Source: Candidatus Saccharimonadota bacterium (GTDB lineage: Bacteria; Patescibacteriota; Gracilibacteria; BD1-5; UBA2023). Taken from it: a DNA stretch of 32,000 nt. The DNA is taken from contig JAXLZO010000001.1 of NCBI GenBank assembly GCA_046350815.1, positions 480,001 through 512,000 on the forward strand. The letters run 5' to 3'. Under the pieces are notes generated by a model. The model saw nothing but the letters and a program-made list of their open reading frames with translations. It was not told the origin of the DNA and ran no database searches. Below, in pieces: positions 10,165-19,854 of this stretch. Every line of letters starts with the position of its first letter. Position 1 is the stretch's first letter. The position numbers and the translations under genes are program-made.

Positions 10165-12408
10165 ATGCAAATCTTCTCTTCGGTGAAAAAGCATTCCGCC
10201 TTCACCCTCACCGAACTCATAGTAGTCATCACCATACTCTCTATACTATCCGTGATAGGGTTTGTAGTGATGAGTCATCAGTCATCAGTAGCAAGAGATG
10301 GAAAGAGAATTAGTGATATTAAGACATTGTCAGAGAGTGCGAGAATTACCAGTGCACAGCTTCGAAAGCTTCCTACACCTATAGCAGATAGTGTCTCTCT
10401 TAGTGTGAGTGGAACATTCATTGGATACCAAGGATTCATGAGTACGAGTATTGTGAATCCTCTTGGGTATGGATCAGATAAGATCTATGACCCTCTTGAT
10501 GGAACTCCTTACACCTATCGAGTCAATCAACACTACGATAGCGCTCAGTTCATGGCATACCTTGAGAATCCAAGGTTTGAGAGGAGTATTGAGATTGCTG
10601 GAAGAAAGTTTCATGAAAATGAGAAGATTGGAATGAATGAAGGATGATTGGATGGTGGATGAAGTGGAAGAGGAGATGATAATCTGAACAGGGGGAATCA
10701 AGAAGTTGGAGTGAATGAGTTTGGAGGACAATTGAAAGGAATACAAGAGACTGCTTCGCAGTCTCTTCCTGAAACCTTCTCAGACTTTTGAGGTATGCTT
10801 TCTGCTTCACTTCGTGAAGCTCTCCCAAGAGCTTACGCTCTCGACAGCAGCAACATTGATCTCTCTTCCAGATATCCCTACTCTGCAGGAGATAGACTCT
10901 GAATCTTTCTCTCCAAGGGAAGTAAGCAACCTCTTCAGAATGGAGTGACAGGTACAGGAAGTAGAGATATCTCTTTGAGTGATGCAAGTACGCTTGATAT
11001 CATGGTAGGATCACAGTGAGCTGATGAATATGTATCCATGGATATCTCTACTTGATCTCTTCTTTCTCTGAAGGATGGAAGCTTTGATGAGAAGGCACTC
11101 TTGGGGATGAATAGTGGTACGGGAAGTGGATCAGGTTCTGGGGGTGGTGATTCTGGAGGTGGAGGAGGATGACCGGTAAGTCATATACTTACCATGGGAG
11201 AGTATAGTATTATGGGGAATACCTACTATGGATATATAGGACCACTAACTATATCTCTCTATGCAACATTTGGCGTTACTATTACAACTGTTACTCCTGG
11301 ATCACTCGTAGATGATACCGTTGATGGATATGTGATTGATAGTATGTTTGCAAATTCTACTTTTTCAGCATGGCAAACTATTCTTGCTGGTACTACGAAT
11401 ATGCCAGCAAGTATTACATTCGAGACTCCTTATGCAAATCTTAATTGTACGAGTACATCATCTCTTGGTGATATTACTCCCTATAATTGTACCGGATCTG
11501 CAGTATCTACTGATTTTTATGTTGGGTCACAGCATGATTTGGGAATAAGCTTTAATATGATAGGAAATTGCCAAAATGGCAGTACTCTCACTGATGAATC
11601 ATACTTTACCTTCAATAGTAATAGCGGGACTATAACATGATATTCGAGTAGTGGGCCAAAACAAGTAGTTATTCCACCAACTATTGGCGGTGTAAATGTT
11701 GTAAATATTGGAAGTGCGGCTTTTGCGCTTAAATGATTGAAATGCGTTAATATTCCAAATGGCATTACAAATATTTGAGAGCTTGCATTTTTCGCAAATA
11801 GTATCACCTCTGCGGTAATATCAAATAGTGTTGTAAATATTGGCATGTGAGCATTTAATAGAAATAATCTTCCAAATAGTGATGCATTCATTTACGCTCG
11901 TAATCCAGATGGATCACAAGATACAAGTACTATTATTGGTTATGGTGGTGCTCAGCGTGATAATATTGTGATTCCAAATAGCGTAACGAGTATTGGTGGA
12001 GAAAATGCATTTTATAATAATAATATTACTTCTATTATCATTCCAAATAGTGTCACAAGTCTCGGTAATTGAGCATTTGTCATGAATCAACTCACTTCGA
12101 TCAATATCCCAAATAGTGTAACAAATATTTGAACTGGTGCATTCTCAACAAATCAGCTTACATCAGTGATGATTCCAAATAGTGTAACAAATATTGGTCG
12201 AGCAGCATTTTTCAAAAATAATCTTACATCCGTGACGATTCCAAATAGTGTGACAAACATTTGACTAGATGCATTTGGAGTTCAAACAAATTCCCCTTGA
12301 AATGGTACCGTCTATGGTCCAGCATCCTGATATGTAAAAAATACCTATATCAATAACCCAGATACACAGTTTGATAAAGTGAAACTTCCAAACTACGTTG
12401 ATCAATAA
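10165..12408 (+). CDS. Type IV pilin-like N-terminal domain fused to a Gly/Ser-rich linker and C-terminal BspA-type leucine-rich repeats; putative pilus-borne adhesin.
   Basis: One frame joins track ORFs 10150-10647 and 11194-11640 through many TGA, ending at TAA 12406-12408. The start is ATG 10165 or TTG 10150. The class III signal/methylation motif is [12 protein letters not shown]|[20 protein letters not shown]. The pilin-like core ends ...[12 protein letters not shown]. The linker reads [19 protein letters not shown]. It is followed by at least 7 repeats of the IPNSVTNIG.xAFxxNxLTSVxIPNSVT type. Confidence 0.8.
11659..12262 (+). repeat. Intragenic 66-69 bp tandem periodicity encoding the LRR units.
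   Basis: t(t/c)ccaaatag recurs starting at 11972, 12041, 12107, 12173 and 12239. The spacing is 69 bp and then 66 bp, and flanking sequence is conserved. Confidence 0.8.
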
Positions 12409-12489
12409 ATCAATTCCTACACTCAGAAATAAAAATAATACAAATAATTTTTTACATACAAGACTTTATTTGTATTATTACAAAAACCT

Positions 12490-14094
12490 ATGAAATACAT
12501 CTTTGTCACCGGTGGTGTTCTCTCCGGTATTGGTAAGGGTATCGCGGCAGCCTCCATTTGAGCGATTCTCAAATGAATGGGTCAACAGGTATTTTGTCAG
12601 AAATTTGACTGATACCTCAATGTTGATCCTGGTACGATGAGTCCATTTCAACATGGAGAAGTGTTCGTGACGAATGATGGAGCTGAGACAGATCTCGATC
12701 TCGGACATTATGAACGATTTCTCGATATTAATCTCTCAAAGCTTTCATCCTTTACTTCAGGTAAGCTTTATGAAGAAATTATTACTCGCGAGAGAAAATG
12801 AGATTATTTAGGTGGGACAGTACAGATTGTCCCACATCTGACGGATCTTGTAAAAGAAAAAATTATTCAAGCGCAAAAATCAAGCGGTGCAGATATAAGT
12901 ATAGTGGAGATTGGTGGTACGATTGGTGACATGGAGAATGAGTATCTCCTAGAATCGGCACGTCAGATGCAGCATGATCTCGGACGTGAAAATGTGATTT
13001 TTGTTCATGTAGTACTTCTTCCATATCTTTGAGCAAGCAAAGAATTCAAATCAAAACCAATTCAACACTCTGTCCGTACTATGATGAGTTATGGATTGTC
13101 TCCGGATTTTTTGGTAGTTCGTGCGGATACGGAAATTGCTGATGATATGGTAGAAAAAATCGCCCGATCATGTTGAATCGTACGTGAACATGTTATATCA
13201 GCACCAACACTTGATACGATATATCGCGTTCCTCTTGCATTTGAATCACAGAATTTCTGATATGAGCTCGCAAGAGAGCTTCATATTTCACCGGTCGTAC
13301 CAAATATGGAAAAATGGACGAATCTTGTGTGCAATATTGATAGTTCTCATGAGGTTATCAATATTGCTATGGTTGGAAAATATGTTTGACTTGAAGATGC
13401 ATATTATTCTCTCAATGAATGATTACGTGCTGCTGGTTTTGCCTTTCAGAAGCGTGTAAAAATTGAATTTATCGAAGCTGAGGATGTTGAAAAACGATGA
13501 ATATCGCTTCTGTACTGATTTGACGGAATATGTATTCCAGGGTGATTTTGAACACGCTGAGTTGATGGTATGGTCCTGACGGCACAATACGCACGTGAAA
13601 ATAACATTCCTTTCTTGGGTATCTGCCTCGGATCGCAGATTATGGCAATCGAATTTGCTCGAAATGTACTTGGTATACAGGATGCATCGAGTGAGGAATT
13701 CACTCCAGAGTGATGAAATAACATTATTCATATTATGTCCGATCAGAAGAATCTGACAACAAAAGGATGAAATATGCGTCTCGGCCTTTATCCGTGTGTC
13801 ATTCGTGATGATACGCTCGCTGAAAGGGTCTACAAGGAACAAATAGCGTCATGAACGGATAATACCGTTTTTGAGCGACATCGACATCGATTTGAATTCA
13901 ATCCGACGTATCGAGATAAGATGGAAGAAAAAGGATTCATCGTGTCTGCGAGTTCACCTGATGATATGCTCGCGGAAATAGTTGAAATCAAGAATCATCC
14001 GTATATGATAGCGACTCAGGCTCATCCGGAGCTCATATCGCGTCCATTCCGACCCCATCCGTTATTTTTAGGATTTATTGGTGCCATGCTATAA
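12490..14094 (+). CDS. pyrG: CTP synthase.
   Basis: [23 protein letters not shown]... begins at ATG 12490 and the gene ends at TAA 12492+... (14092-14094), giving 534 aa once in-frame TGA is read as Gly. ERK(TGA)[12 protein letters not shown] aligns with E. coli ERRGDYLGATVQVIPH. The glutamine amidotransferase motifs GICLG and HPE are present. Confidence 0.95.
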
Positions 14095-14161
14095 AATATT
14101 GTTTTATAACGCATGTTGTAGATTTTACAAGCCAAAATTGCATACTCGATACGATCAAACT

Positions 14162-14189
14162 TTGCACTCTTACTCGGTATTCTTATAAT
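14162..14189 (+). promoter_or_regulatory. Sigma70-like promoter upstream of the FKBP lipoprotein gene.
   Basis: TTGCAC (14162-14167), 16-nt spacer, TATAAT (14184-14189). Confidence 0.45.
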
Positions 14190-14218
14190 CTCATCACCAT
14201 TTATCAATTCTCATTTTT

Positions 14219-15085
14219 ATGAAAAAGATTGCTCTTCCATTGGTTCTCGTTTCTCTCTCGTTGAGTGCGTGTACTATGCCTTGGTCTCACAAAGACAATA
14301 GCGAATCTGTAAAGAATACAACTACAAAAACTTCTGTAAATAAAAAAGATCAGGTGGTTCATACGATCAATTATACTTTGAAAGATGGCGATAAACTTGT
14401 TGATTCGAAGTCAAATTTTCCTTTTGTGGTTGGAAAGAGAATGCCGTTCATTGCATCTGGCATGGATGAGCTCGTAGCGACTATGAAAGTAGGGGAGAAA
14501 AAGAGTATAAAAATCGCAGCTGAGAAGCTCTATGGACCTTCCACACTCAGTAGTACTGGAAATCTCGAGCAATTTGTGGATACTTTCACAACAACTGGAT
14601 CGATTGATATGTACGGTGATCGCATCACAACATCACTTCCAAAAGCCCAAGTCCTCAAGGATGGAAAACCAGAGTTTAAAGTAGGTGATGAAGTACAAGT
14701 TATGTGAGTAATCGGCATGATTCCTGGTGGTCCGGCAAAAGTTGAGAAGATCGAAGGAGATATGGTAACGGTATCAGCTGAAAATCGTATGAATCCATTT
14801 ACTGGAAAGAAGATTCAAGTAGGAACAGAGTGAAATGGTGGGAATAATCAAACATTACGAATCGAAAAGATAGAAGGAAAGGTGGTTACTATTAAACATA
14901 CTAATCCATCGGATCATGCTTTTGCAGGAGTTGACGTAAAAGTAGGTGCGGAATGGACAGACAAGCAAAATAAGAAATATCAGATCACTGCAATTGATGG
15001 CAATCGTGTAGGGTATACATTTACACCACATCAGCTCGGTGGAAAAGAACTTACTCTCGAGGTGGAAGTACTCTCAATTAAGTAA
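14219..15085 (+). CDS. FKBP-type peptidyl-prolyl cis-trans isomerase lipoprotein (SlyD-like).
   Basis: Track ORFs 14219-14707 and 14882-15085 join in frame through TGA. The lipoprotein signal is MKKIALPLVLVSLSLSAC. The FKBP core reads ...FVVGKRMPFIASGMDELVATMKVGEKK.... The C-terminus HQLGGKELTLEVEVLSIK resembles the SlyD pattern NHPLAGK.L.FEV.V. Confidence 0.75.
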
Positions 15086-15086
15086 T

Positions 15087-15116
15087 AAAAGCTCACCATT
15101 TGGTGAGCTTTTATTT
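15087..15116 (+). terminator. Intrinsic terminator.
   Basis: aaaagctcacc / ggtgagctttt stem (15087-15112) with loop attt, followed by a T-rich tail. Confidence 0.75.
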
Positions 15117-15140
15117 GATCAAAATAATGATTGGATTGTT

Positions 15141-15168
15141 TTGACATTTTTATAAAAATATCTATCAT
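15141..15168 (+). promoter_or_regulatory. Sigma70-like promoter.
   Basis: TTGACA (15141-15146), 16-nt spacer, TATCAT (15163-15168). Confidence 0.4.
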
Positions 15169-15217
15169 CCTGTTCGCACAAATTCGTGCTATCTGCATTA
15201 TGTCAAGGAGACAAAAA

Positions 15218-15499
15218 ATGCAAAAGATTCTTATGATGATGGTGGTCATTTCTGGTAGTCTTTTTACAAATGCTGTCAAGGCTGATCCAGTTGATATTCA
15301 ATTTGAACGGGCTTATTTGGCACAGACTATGCGACAATTGCCAAAAGAGTGTGAATGGGCTCAACAAACCCTCGAAGTATTCGATACACAAGTTGGCTAT
15401 CTCGAACAGATTGATTCTGATAAGTATTGGGTCATGCGATTCAACGAGAGCAACCGCCCTACCGTGGTTAATAATGTGAATCATGCATGTCGAGGGTAG
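15218..15499 (+). CDS. Small secreted protein (93 aa) with a signal peptide and two Cys; function unknown.
   Basis: SD aaggag (15205-15210) lies 7 nt before ATG 15218. The signal peptide reads MQKILMMMVVISGSLFTNAVKA|DP. The stop is TAG 15497-15499. The upstream part of the track ORF (from 15131) was ignored. Confidence 0.6.
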   Translation: MQKILMMMVVISGSLFTNAVKADPVDIQFERAYLAQTMRQLPKECEWAQQTLEVFDTQVGYLEQIDSDKYWVMRFNESNRPTVVNNVNHACRG

Positions 15500-15523
15500 C
15501 GTCGCACTATATCTATCATTCCT

Positions 15524-15550
15524 AAAAACCCACCTTACGGTGGGTTTTTA
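15524..15550. terminator. Bidirectional intrinsic terminator between convergent genes.
   Basis: acccacc (15528-15534) / ggtgggt (15539-15545) with loop ttac, flanked by an A-run upstream and a T-run downstream. Confidence 0.75.
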
Positions 15551-16213
15551 ATGCTTCAATCCTTGTGGATTTATAATTGCAATAACCATTTTTTTTGCTC
15601 CCGAACAATCTTTTGTAAGTTCTCTTCTCTCTATAGGATGAATACTTTCTTGCTGCATCGTTATGAAAAGTGGATATGATTGATAATCATCGAGATTCTT
15701 TCCACTTTGAACAATTTCATAGAGCATTCATTCATTCTTTTGTTGATCTGGACATGTAGGAATAACTCGTTGAATCACCTCGGGATCTGCTCAAATGCTA
15801 TCTTCTTGACCTGAAGATCGGTACATCATTACTCCGTACCCTTCCGGATTGGTATTGGATGGATGATCTTGCCATGATTCATTTATCCAATCCATACGAT
15901 ACTCTCTTCAGCATATTTTCCATCAGAGATTTTCGTAGTATCAGATTAGTGAGTTATTCGTTCCGCTTACATCACGTCCATATCTCGTAGCAAGAATAAC
16001 GCCGTGTGAAAATGGATCATGAGCAACGTAGGATAGTAGTGTTCAGAGAACTTTACTGGCGAGTCATTTACCTCGATAATCCGGGTGTGTCCATACGTCC
16101 TCAAGATAGTGATATCTCTTTCCATTCAATTGTATTTCCTGTGCAAATGCACGTGAAATTTCCATTCCATCGAGCTCAATAGAAAATCGGTGTGTGTATT
16201 GGGATTCTACCAT
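15548..16213 (-). CDS. GNAT-family N-acetyltransferase with a C-terminal extension.
   Basis: This gene is absent from the standard-code track because of 7 in-frame TGA. Manual translation runs from ATG 16213 to TAA 15548-15550. It gives ...RYHYLEDVWTHPDYRGKGLASKVLGTLLSYVAHDPF..., which is GNAT motif A. The start overlaps the upstream stop in an ATGGTAG arrangement. Confidence 0.7.
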
Positions 16214-16860
16214 ATTTTCCAAGATGGACATGCTTGATGGACACGTATATGCGCAAAGCCTGGATGAAGGATAGCTCGCTCGATAGTACTACTGAGGGCT
16301 GCCATATCACGATCAACTACTGCTTCAGCAAAGCCTGCTCCAAAGAGCTTTGCAGCTGCCACAGGATCGAGAGGTGGAGTGACACTTCCTTGAGGCTCTG
16401 ACTTCGTCTTGATGCCGAGAGGGGTTGTCGGAGAAGATTGTCCTGTTGTGAGAGCATAATTCTCATTATCGAGGACAATATAGGTGATATCTACATTTCG
16501 ACGACATGCATGGAGAAAATGTCCAAGCCCAATTCCATATCCATCTCCGTCACCTCCAATAGCGATCACGGTAAGGTTTGGATTGGCAAGCTTCGCTCCG
16601 ATAGCAAATGGTACTGAGCGACCATGAAGAGTTTCAGCCGCATAACCATCGATATATTGTGAGATCTTTCCGCTACAACCAACACCTGACACAATAACAG
16701 TATTTTCACGTGGTATCTGGAGTTTTTTGAGGGTATTTCGGATTGCCATGAGTGCTAAAAAATCCCCACACCCTGGACACCATTGGATCGTATTGAGAGC
16801 TGATCGCATATGAAAGTTGAGAATATGGGAATTATATGCATCGAACAATAAATTGCACAC
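16207..16860 (-). CDS. 2-oxoacid:ferredoxin oxidoreductase beta (TPP-binding) subunit-like protein; it has no partner subunits nearby and is short.
   Basis: Motifs seen: WCPGCGDF, VSGVGCSGK, HGRSVPFAIGAKLANP, AIGGDGDGYGIGLGHFLHACRRNVDITYIVLDNENYALTTGQSSPTTP. The stop is TAG 16207-16209. The start is GTG 16860 or, more likely, ATG 16809. There is no in-frame TGA, and the gene is visibly more GC-rich than its neighbours. Confidence 0.75.
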   Translation of the reverse strand: MCNLLFDAYNSHILNFHMRSALNTIQWCPGCGDFLALMAIRNTLKKLQIPRENTVIVSGVGCSGKISQYIDGYAAETLHGRSVPFAIGAKLANPNLTVIAIGGDGDGYGIGLGHFLHACRRNVDITYIVLDNENYALTTGQSSPTTPLGIKTKSEPQGSVTPPLDPVAAAKLFGAGFAEAVVDRDMAALSSTIERAILHPGFAHIRVHQACPSWKIW

Positions 16861-16873
16861 TTTGTTGTTCGAT

Positions 16874-17497
16874 TTATTTTGTCCCCGAGAAGAGAATTTT
16901 GATTCCGAGAAATGCCAGAAGAAATCACATACATTTATCGAGATAGTATCGTATTTTCACAAAACCAGCACGAATGGGTGAGATATTGAGTGTTGTCGCA
17001 AGGAATGTGAACCACATAAGTGGAACGGATGCCATAGCGACCCCATATGAGAATTGAACACCTACATTTAATTGAGGATCAATCACCTGCGTAAATACTG
17101 CAAGGAAGAAAAGAGTCGCTTTTGGGTTTAGAACGTTCGTGATAAATCCTTCTCGAAACGCTTGAAATGATGAAAGTTTGAGTGATGCATCTTTTGTGAG
17201 ATTTACATCCGAATATGATGATTTCTTGGCTCGAAGAATCTGGTATGATATCCAGAGAATATAGAGAGCACCGAGAATCTTGATAATTTGGAACGCAATA
17301 ATAGACTGAGAAATAACTACCCCAAGTCCAGCAATACAATATCCAACGTGGACAAATATAGCAGATGCAATACCAAATCCAGTGAGTATTCAAAGTTTTC
17401 GAGAGATGAGACTATTTTTAATTACTACAATAGTATCAGGTCCTGGACTCATAGCAGCAAGAAGTGTTATACCCATGAGCGTAATATATGGTAGCAT
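16874..17497 (-). CDS. LysE/RhtB-family amino-acid exporter.
   Basis: Manual translation from ATG 17497 to TAA 16874-16876 (207 aa, 2 TGA read as Gly). It gives MLPYITLMGITLLAAMSPGPDTIVVIKNSL...FREGFITNVLNPKATLFFLAVFTQ.... Confidence 0.8.
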
Positions 17498-17576
17498 AAG
17501 TATAAAAAAAGTACTCCTTATTCCAATAAAAAGAAAGGCGAATTCAATATCTTATGCTTTTATATACAACTAATAA

Positions 17577-17605
17577 TTGACATATATATTTATATATGTT
17601 AGATT
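17577..17605 (+). promoter_or_regulatory. Sigma70-like promoter with a palindromic spacer.
   Basis: TTGACA (17577-17582), 17-nt spacer, TAGATT (17600-17605). The palindrome catatata-tt-tatatatg (17581-17598) spans the spacer. Confidence 0.45.
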
Positions 17606-17626
17606 ACTCAAAGTAAATATTTTTGT

Positions 17627-19822
17627 ATGAAAGAAAAAATAATGGATCATGTCTCATACATACAACAGAGATTTGGAAAATGAGATAAAAATGAATCTTT
17701 GAGTATACGTCAGAAGATAGCCATAAGTGCTACTGTTGGTGCAATACTTGCATGAGGTGTTTATAGAGAATATTCACAACATAGTGTGTCAACTCCTATG
17801 GGTGTGGTGCGATCGAATGATAGTGCTGAAGTAGCATCTCATCCTGAGTATTATGCCACTGATAAGGTCCCCGTTGAAAGTGTAAAATGAGCCATCTCTA
17901 CACTGAATGAAGCATATCAGTTTTTATCAAAAAGTTCCGATTTTCAAGCCCTCTACCCAAATCAAGAAGATATATATGAACTTCTTCCACTCATGATCAA
18001 AGAAAGCCTACTGGATCAATCAAGAATTAGTAAAACATGAGCGGTTGGTTTGTTTCAAATGAAACCTGATGCAATAGAAGATGCAAAAAAAGCACTTACA
18101 AAAAATCTCTGAATATCAAGTGAATGACTTAACCCGAAAAAGGCACGAGACAATGCCATTCTGGGAATTGTATATTTTTCATATATTAATCCAAAACTCC
18201 TCAATGATAAGCTTCGTATTGAAAGTCAGAAAGATATGATAGATAGAGAGTTTTACTACATGTCATATAATGGATGAGCGTATCGTGTGGCGGGTATGTT
18301 GCAAAAATATCAAGAAGAATATCGAACAAAAGAATATCCAAATTGGGAGGTTTTTGCACAATGGGCTGCTAAGAAAATCGATACCCATTCAGTTCCAACT
18401 AAGAAACATTCCCCGGTATACAATACAGATTATACGAATTGGTTTTCACAATCGTTTGTTGGGGATAAACATTTAATATCGTTTTCTGGTCAAGTGCAAA
18501 CAAAAGCAGAAAAAATTCAAGAGATGATTGACTATGTGGAAGGTATCGATGCAATCGCTACAACAGATCAATCAGGCTGAACAGATGAAGAAATGGTATC
18601 ATATAGTGATGCACGATTGCCGTACAATCCATTATTAGATGTTTTTCATGGCTCTGGCCCAAAGGACCGAATGACGTACTATTTGAAGCAAAAGTTTGGA
18701 ATAACCAATAATTATGATCAGGTTGCATCTATTCCATGAAAATGAGTTCGTGCTATGCTCGACACTGCCGGTATAGATCCCACACAAGAAAATGTAGAAG
18801 AATTCTATGATTTGAATGATTTAGATGAGAGTGATCCAATTGTACGGAATGCCCGATATCTCTTGCCCCCGATTCAGGAAAAAAATGAAGAGCTGAAAAT
18901 CCCAGAATGAGATGATCTCCTTGTGGAGTCGGATATATCTACGGATATTTTTGTACAGAAAACGAAACCTGATTTTTATGCATGGTTGGAGTCGCTTCCG
19001 GTGGAAGATCAAAAACTTCGATGAAAGCTTATTATTCTAGATCCTGGTCATGGAGGTCTTGATCCATGAGCAACCCCTGTGGCACTTGGTGCTAACGATC
19101 ATCCTATTCCATATACACAAAGTGACCTCAAACCATCCAGAAGATTTGGTGAATGGAACGATACACAGAATGGTCTTTGAGATAAATATCTTCATGTCAT
19201 TGAACCAAATATATCTATGGATGTATCTCTACGACTTGCACGTGAAATACGGAAACACGGTGGAAACGTCAAAATAACGCATTATTTTCGGGATCAAATT
19301 GATAATACTGACTGGCGTTGATCGACAAGTTCCCGAGTTCCCGGACTCAGAGACGATATTGAGAAATGGGATAGCTGGGGTGATGGAAGTTGAAAATTTG
19401 ACGTGTGAGTAAAAGATGGGCTCAGAAAAAGGGTAAAGCTTCGGAATCAGTGGAAAAGTGGAAAAGATTCAGATGATGTACTCTTTCTTTCAATACATGC
19501 TGATGCAAGGCCGGGTAATCATCAATCCATTCCTCTCAATGTCTTGACGGTAAGGAATACGGGGATAATAAACCAATTTGCGCAAGATTTTGCTCAAGAA
19601 ATATGATCTGCCCGAGGTGCTGTAGCAACGGCGAAACCATCGGATAGATGACTCTATCTACTTTTACCAAAGAATTGAGCAGATAAAAAAAATGTACTTG
19701 TTGAGCTTGGTAACCTTGGATGTCCAAATACTGCTTTTGCTTTCCGATCAGCAAAAAATCGGCAAGAATATGCAGATGCTATCATTCGTGGTATACTTGG
19801 AACTATGTCAGAAAAATCATAG
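17627..19822 (+). CDS. Membrane-anchored bifunctional peptidoglycan hydrolase with a lytic transglycosylase (SLT) domain and an N-acetylmuramoyl-L-alanine amidase (Amidase_3) domain.
   Basis: One frame runs from ATG 17627 to TAG 19820-19822 with many TGA read as Gly, and it includes track ORF 18287-18580. SLT motifs seen: KESLLDQS, GAVGLFQMKP, SYNGGAYRV. Amidase_3 motifs seen: LIILDPGHGGLDPGA, VLFLSIHADA, VLVELGNL. Confidence 0.8.
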
Positions 19823-19825
19823 AGC

Positions 19826-19854
19826 ATAAAATGGGCGCTTAAGGCCCATTTTAT
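19826..19854. terminator. Bidirectional intrinsic terminator between convergent genes.
   Basis: Perfect 11-bp stem ataaaatgggc (19826-19836) / gcccattttat (19844-19854) with a 7-nt loop. Confidence 0.75.

Noticed and set aside
10110-10313. A 67-aa plus-strand ORF, and the TTG 10150 start given by the track, upstream of the pilin gene.
   Set aside because: The 10110 ORF is out of frame with the pilin motif and has His/Tyr-rich junk composition. ATG 10165 gives a typical short basic prepilin leader, although TTG 10150 cannot be excluded.
10663-10671. An RGD tripeptide (GSGRGDDN) in the linker of the pilin-LRR protein.
   Set aside because: A three-residue motif in a low-complexity Gly/Asp region is expected by chance, and nothing else supports integrin-type binding.
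11659-12262. Regular 66-69 bp DNA periodicity that might suggest a CRISPR array or satellite.
   Set aside because: The repeats are in frame inside a long ORF and encode leucine-rich repeat units. The 'spacers' are also conserved, and no CRISPR-like short palindromic repeat is present.
12490-14094. pyrG, aspS, the PBP gene, xth and others appear as strings of short ORFs in the standard-code track, suggesting pseudogenes or a degraded genome.
   Set aside because: All interruptions are TGA at conserved Gly positions, and the frames stay constant across them. Reading TGA as Gly restores full-length proteins of normal size (534-aa PyrG, 592-aa AspRS).
16207-16860. Using the absence of TGA codons alone to call the korB-like gene a recent horizontal transfer.
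   Set aside because: TGA usage varies strongly between native genes; aspS has only 2. Zero out of 21 Gly codons is therefore not decisive, and the observation was kept only as a supporting remark within a finding.
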